From the NCBI GenBank assembly GCA_004431415.1, contig QPMI01000056.1, positions 124,001 to 188,000 on the forward strand: a stretch of 64,000 nt of DNA, in the 5' to 3' direction. The position numbers were made by a program, and so were the translations under genes. The first letter of the stretch is position 1. Each line of letters begins with the position of its first letter. The notes under the pieces are model-generated. The model saw only the letters and a program-made list of their open reading frames with translations. It had not been told where the DNA came from and ran no database searches. Origin of the DNA: Cyanophora paradoxa CCMP329 (lineage: Eukaryota > Plantae > Glaucophyta). Positions 60,586-64,000 of this stretch are shown piece by piece.

Positions 60586-60843
60586 TAGGCTTGCGACTAG
60601 GCTCGGACTAGCTCGAAGCCCGCCCGGCTCTAGTCAAGTCAAGCCGCCCGGACTCCTGGCTCTAGCCGCTAGCTAGTTTGGCTAGTCGGCTAGCCTGATG
60701 GGCATGGCCCGCTAGTTGGGCTGGCCAGCCAACTAGCGTTCCCAAGAGCCTCGCGATCGGAGGGCGGGTAGAGTCGCGGGCCGAGGGCCGCTAGTCAAGC
60801 CGGCTATAGCTAGCTAGTTGGCTTGACTAGGGCCGCAAGCCTA
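60586..60843. mobile_element. hAT-type MITE (258 bp, CTAG-rich)
   Basis: TIRs TAGGCTTGCG / CGCAAGCCTA; perfect 8-bp TSD ATCCCGGA at 60578-60585 and 60844-60851. Confidence 0.82.
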
Positions 60844-60985
60844 ATCCCGGATCATCGAGTCGGATGATCTCCGCGGCCGGGGGGCACGAAACAGTTTTCA
60901 TGTTGCAAAAAACAAATCGGGCATTTTTCATGTGCCGGCCGGCGCCGCGGCGCGCGGCGCGCGCCGCGCGCCCGCCCCGCCGCCG

Positions 60986-61079
60986 AGTGCCGACTCTGCC
61001 GAGTCACACTGCCGACTCAGTGCCGACTCAGTGCCGACTCTGCCGGCCGACTCTGCCGAGTACGTCACTGCCGACTCCC
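60986..61079. repeat. TGCCGA(C/G)TC minisatellite-like cluster
   Basis: About eight GCCGA(C/G)T units, two in a perfect 11-bp tandem. Confidence 0.7.
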
Positions 61080-61602
61080 AAGAGTCCCAACTTGCAAGCC
61101 GAGTTATAATTATTGGGGAAGGGACTCCGGGAAAAACACTTCCCCTGTCCCTGTCCTTCGGGTCCTACCCCGGTAGTTCCCCCTTGAAACGTCTAGACGC
61201 ATTTAAGCTTGTTATTACGGGGATAGGGTAGGCCCGGTAGGGTCACACTACTAGGGTGTGCGGCAGCGGAGTGCATGTGCGTTCCGACAAGGCATCGGCA
61301 AGACTGGCGCCTGGCCGTAGCTATAGGGCGTCGGCGTCGGCAGCACGAGTACATACACGAGTCCCGCATTCCCTTCGGACTCGAGCCCCCGCCGGGCCAC
61401 ATCCCTTTCATTTCATCGATATCGCGATCGGTTGCGTCTCAGGCGTCTCAGGAGCGGGGCCGGCCCGGCGGAGCTCGAGGTCTGTAGCTACGTATACTGG
61501 CCATACGAATACGAATTGAATGCGTATACGAGGGGAATTTGAATGCGAATACAAATTGTCAGGTGGCGCCGGCCATGGTACGAGAGATCTTTTGCGGTGG
61601 GG

Positions 61603-64000
61603 TCACGATGACGACTGCTCCCCGCGGAAGCGGCGGCGCCCGACGGCGGCGAGGTAGTCCCCCAGCGCGGGCAGCCCGATCGCGACCCCCGAGCCGGCGC
61701 CGGCTGCAGGGTCGCCCTCCGCCCCCGCCGGGCCCGGGCCCGGGGCCGCCCGCCCCTCGGCCGCGCACTCGGCCACGAGGCGCGACACGAATGCGCGCTC
61801 CGCCGCCCCGCACACTGCGCCCGCGAGCGCGAGCGGGTCGCCAGCCGAGCCCTAAATTATACTATTTCGGAAATGAGAGCACCGTCGTGGATGTCGCGGC
61901 CCGAGAAGCCCTCCGTCGCCCCGGCCAGCGCCTCGAGGTCCGCCTGGGGCAGCTGCGCGCTCGACAGCACCCGACGATCAGGACTGCGCCGCCCGCGGAA
62001 ATTTAAACCATCGCGAGGATAAATCGACCCACCTGCTTGGCGAAGCACGCGAAGATTGCGGCGCGGGCGGCCGCGTCGGGCAGGCCGAAACGCACGACGA
62101 GGTCGAAGCGGCTGGCGGCGCAAATCAAAGAAATTGAAGTTGTGCCGTACGAACACCGGCCCGCCCCGTCGGGATCGATCGCGGGGACGGGCGGACCTCA
62201 TGACCGCCGCGTCGAGGTCTTCCACGCGGTTCGTGGCGCCGAGCAGGACGATCTTGCCCGGCGCCGTCGCGCTCCGCCCGCTGATATTAAATAATTAGCT
62301 GCAGGGCGGTTTGTGCGAGCTTGAGCGCGAAACCGCGCGCGCGCCTTGGCTGCTGTTTGAGGGGCCCAGCCGACTCTGCAAGGGAAAAGCGCCGATTATC
62401 TACGACGCCTAATTCAGCCGCCCCCGCGCACCGAAGCCGTCCAGATTCCGCAGGAGGATGGAGAGCAGGCGCCGCGTCGTCTCGCTGACCTCTGGCGGCG
62501 TGCACGCGCGCGTCAGCGCTGTCAGCGCCCGCCCCGCGAGTTCGATCCCGAGCGCGATCGCGAGCGTCCTCGCCTCGGTCGGAGTTGCGCGTCGGCGTGA
62601 CGGAATCCAGCTCGTCTACGAACAGGAGGACCGCCGGGCCGAGCTGGTCACGGCCAAGAGCTCGAGCAATCAGGCCTAGGGCGAGACGTCGCGGCGTCGC
62701 AACCGGCGGCAGTGGCAAGCTTTAAGAGCCGTGGCCGCGCCGCGTGCACCTCGCGGCAGAGGTCGAAGATGCGGCCCAGCGTCCGCTCGCTCTCGCCGTA
62801 CCTGCCCGCCATCATGGCATCTCGACTTCTAGCATTTACGTTGAGGCCGCAGCCGAGACATCGCACCACTTGCCGACGACGGTCTCCATCCGGAAATTGA
62901 CGAGGGGGGCCTGCGCACATCGCCAGTTGCGATTAATATTGCGATCAGCGATGATCAAGGCCGAGCTTGAGCTCGTTTGAATGTGAAATGTGTGAAATGT
63001 GCAATGAGGCGCACGTCGCACTGGGCGGCGAGGACGCGGGCGCAGGTCGTCTTCCCCGTCCCTGCGGCCCCCGGCGCGCCCCCGTCACGAAGCGCGCCGG
63101 AGGCCGAGCCCACGCTCCTCGGGTCTGACCCGGCGGGCCCTCGAAGAGGACGCCCCGGGGGACGCTGGACACCGGCCGCCTCCGCGTCCCCCGGCAGACC
63201 TGGGCGGCGCGCGCGCGTCAACGTCGCCCGCGCCGGAGTGCGCGGAGCAGAGCGGAGGGCTCGAGGGTCGGCGTCGGACCGCGTCGAAGAGGGGGGCGTA
63301 GCGGAAGGGGACGACAAAGGAGGCCTCGATCTCCTGAGGCGGGAATGTAAATGGCGCGCTTTTCAGAAATAAATAATTCCTGAAATTCCAAGTTCAAGCG
63401 GCGCGTGCGCATGCGCACGCGCTTGACGTCGTCGTAGCCGGCGAGGTCCGACCAGTCGAGGCGGGCCCCTTCGGCGCCGTACGCGTCCTTCGCGTCGGGG
63501 GGCCCGCGGCCGGCTGCGGGCCGCGAGACCTGCCGAGCGCCTCGTGAAGCCGCCGAATCTGAAATAGTTACATGATTACAATAAAGCGGAGCTCACAAGG
63601 AGGCCCATCTCCTCCAGCTTCCGGGCGGCGGCCTCTGCTCGGCTGCTCCAGCCGGGCCCGAGGCCAACGGCATTCGGGCTCGCGTGGCCTTTCTCTGCTT
63701 GTCCTGTCTCGACGTCGGCCGCGGGTCCCGCTGCGGCGCCGCCGCTTGCCGGCGCCTGATCATGACCCGATCGATATCGTAAATCAACCGTTTGTGTACG
63801 AACTAAATTATGATCATTCAATCCTGGCGCGCACATTGGCGACACCGGTGGTGCCGGCGGTGCTCGAGCTCGAAGGGCGATCCGTTTCGATGATCTGCGA
63901 TGATCATGAGCTCTCTTACATGCCGACTACGTTTTCAGCCGAATTATTAGTTTAGCGAGAAAGCGAAGCTCGTCGAATTCCTTAGCACTTCGACGTATGC
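61603..64000 (-). CDS. Classical-clade AAA+ ATPase, single AAA domain visible, multi-exon, 5' end beyond window
   Basis: LDWSDLAGYDDVK; PRGVLFEGPPGTGKTT (Walker A); KWYGESER pore loop; LLFVDELD (Walker B); VLLGATNR..DLDAA...RFD (second region of homology); TEGFSGRDI. TGA at 61603-61605. Confidence 0.88.

Noticed and set aside
1-64000. tRNA, rRNA or snRNA genes
   Set aside because: None recognised by eye; a covariance-model scan would be needed to exclude them.

Overview
GC-rich, intron-dense nuclear DNA from a microbial eukaryote. Introns are mostly 50-90 nt, with GT- and frequent GC-donors. The style resembles glaucophyte or haptophyte genomes, but the taxon cannot be fixed from sequence alone. 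Most long ORFs in the supplied track are shadow frames, so gene models were rebuilt by hand-splicing and their boundaries are approximate. About 11 genes are present: METTL3 (runs off the left edge) head-to-head with cathepsin C; a myristoylation-motif DUF4062/STAND-NTPase/TPR (NPHP3/NLR-like) gene; a Cys/Trp-rich hypothetical; a putative GPI-anchored Cys-rich protein; a hypothetical; a Kelch protein; a secreted WD40-plus-triple-repeat protein; an F-box/LRR protein; a ~15 kb LamG + GCC2/GCC3 multi-pass receptor-like gene; and an AAA+ ATPase (runs off the right edge). Other elements are two hAT-type MITEs with 8-bp TSDs, a hairpin element family with unusually long flanking duplications, a long-TIR region carrying a gene fragment, and two orphan exon copies from neighbouring genes. 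Two observations stand out. First, the TPR domain is built as an array of 15 symmetric one-repeat exons with variation concentrated on one helix face and two individually dead exons, a candidate recombining or alternatively spliced recognition system. Second, X-revcomp(X)-X micro-palindromic insertions are pervasive; one is seen directly in a single copy of the repeated TPR intron, and different gene-sized blocks favour different palindromic words.
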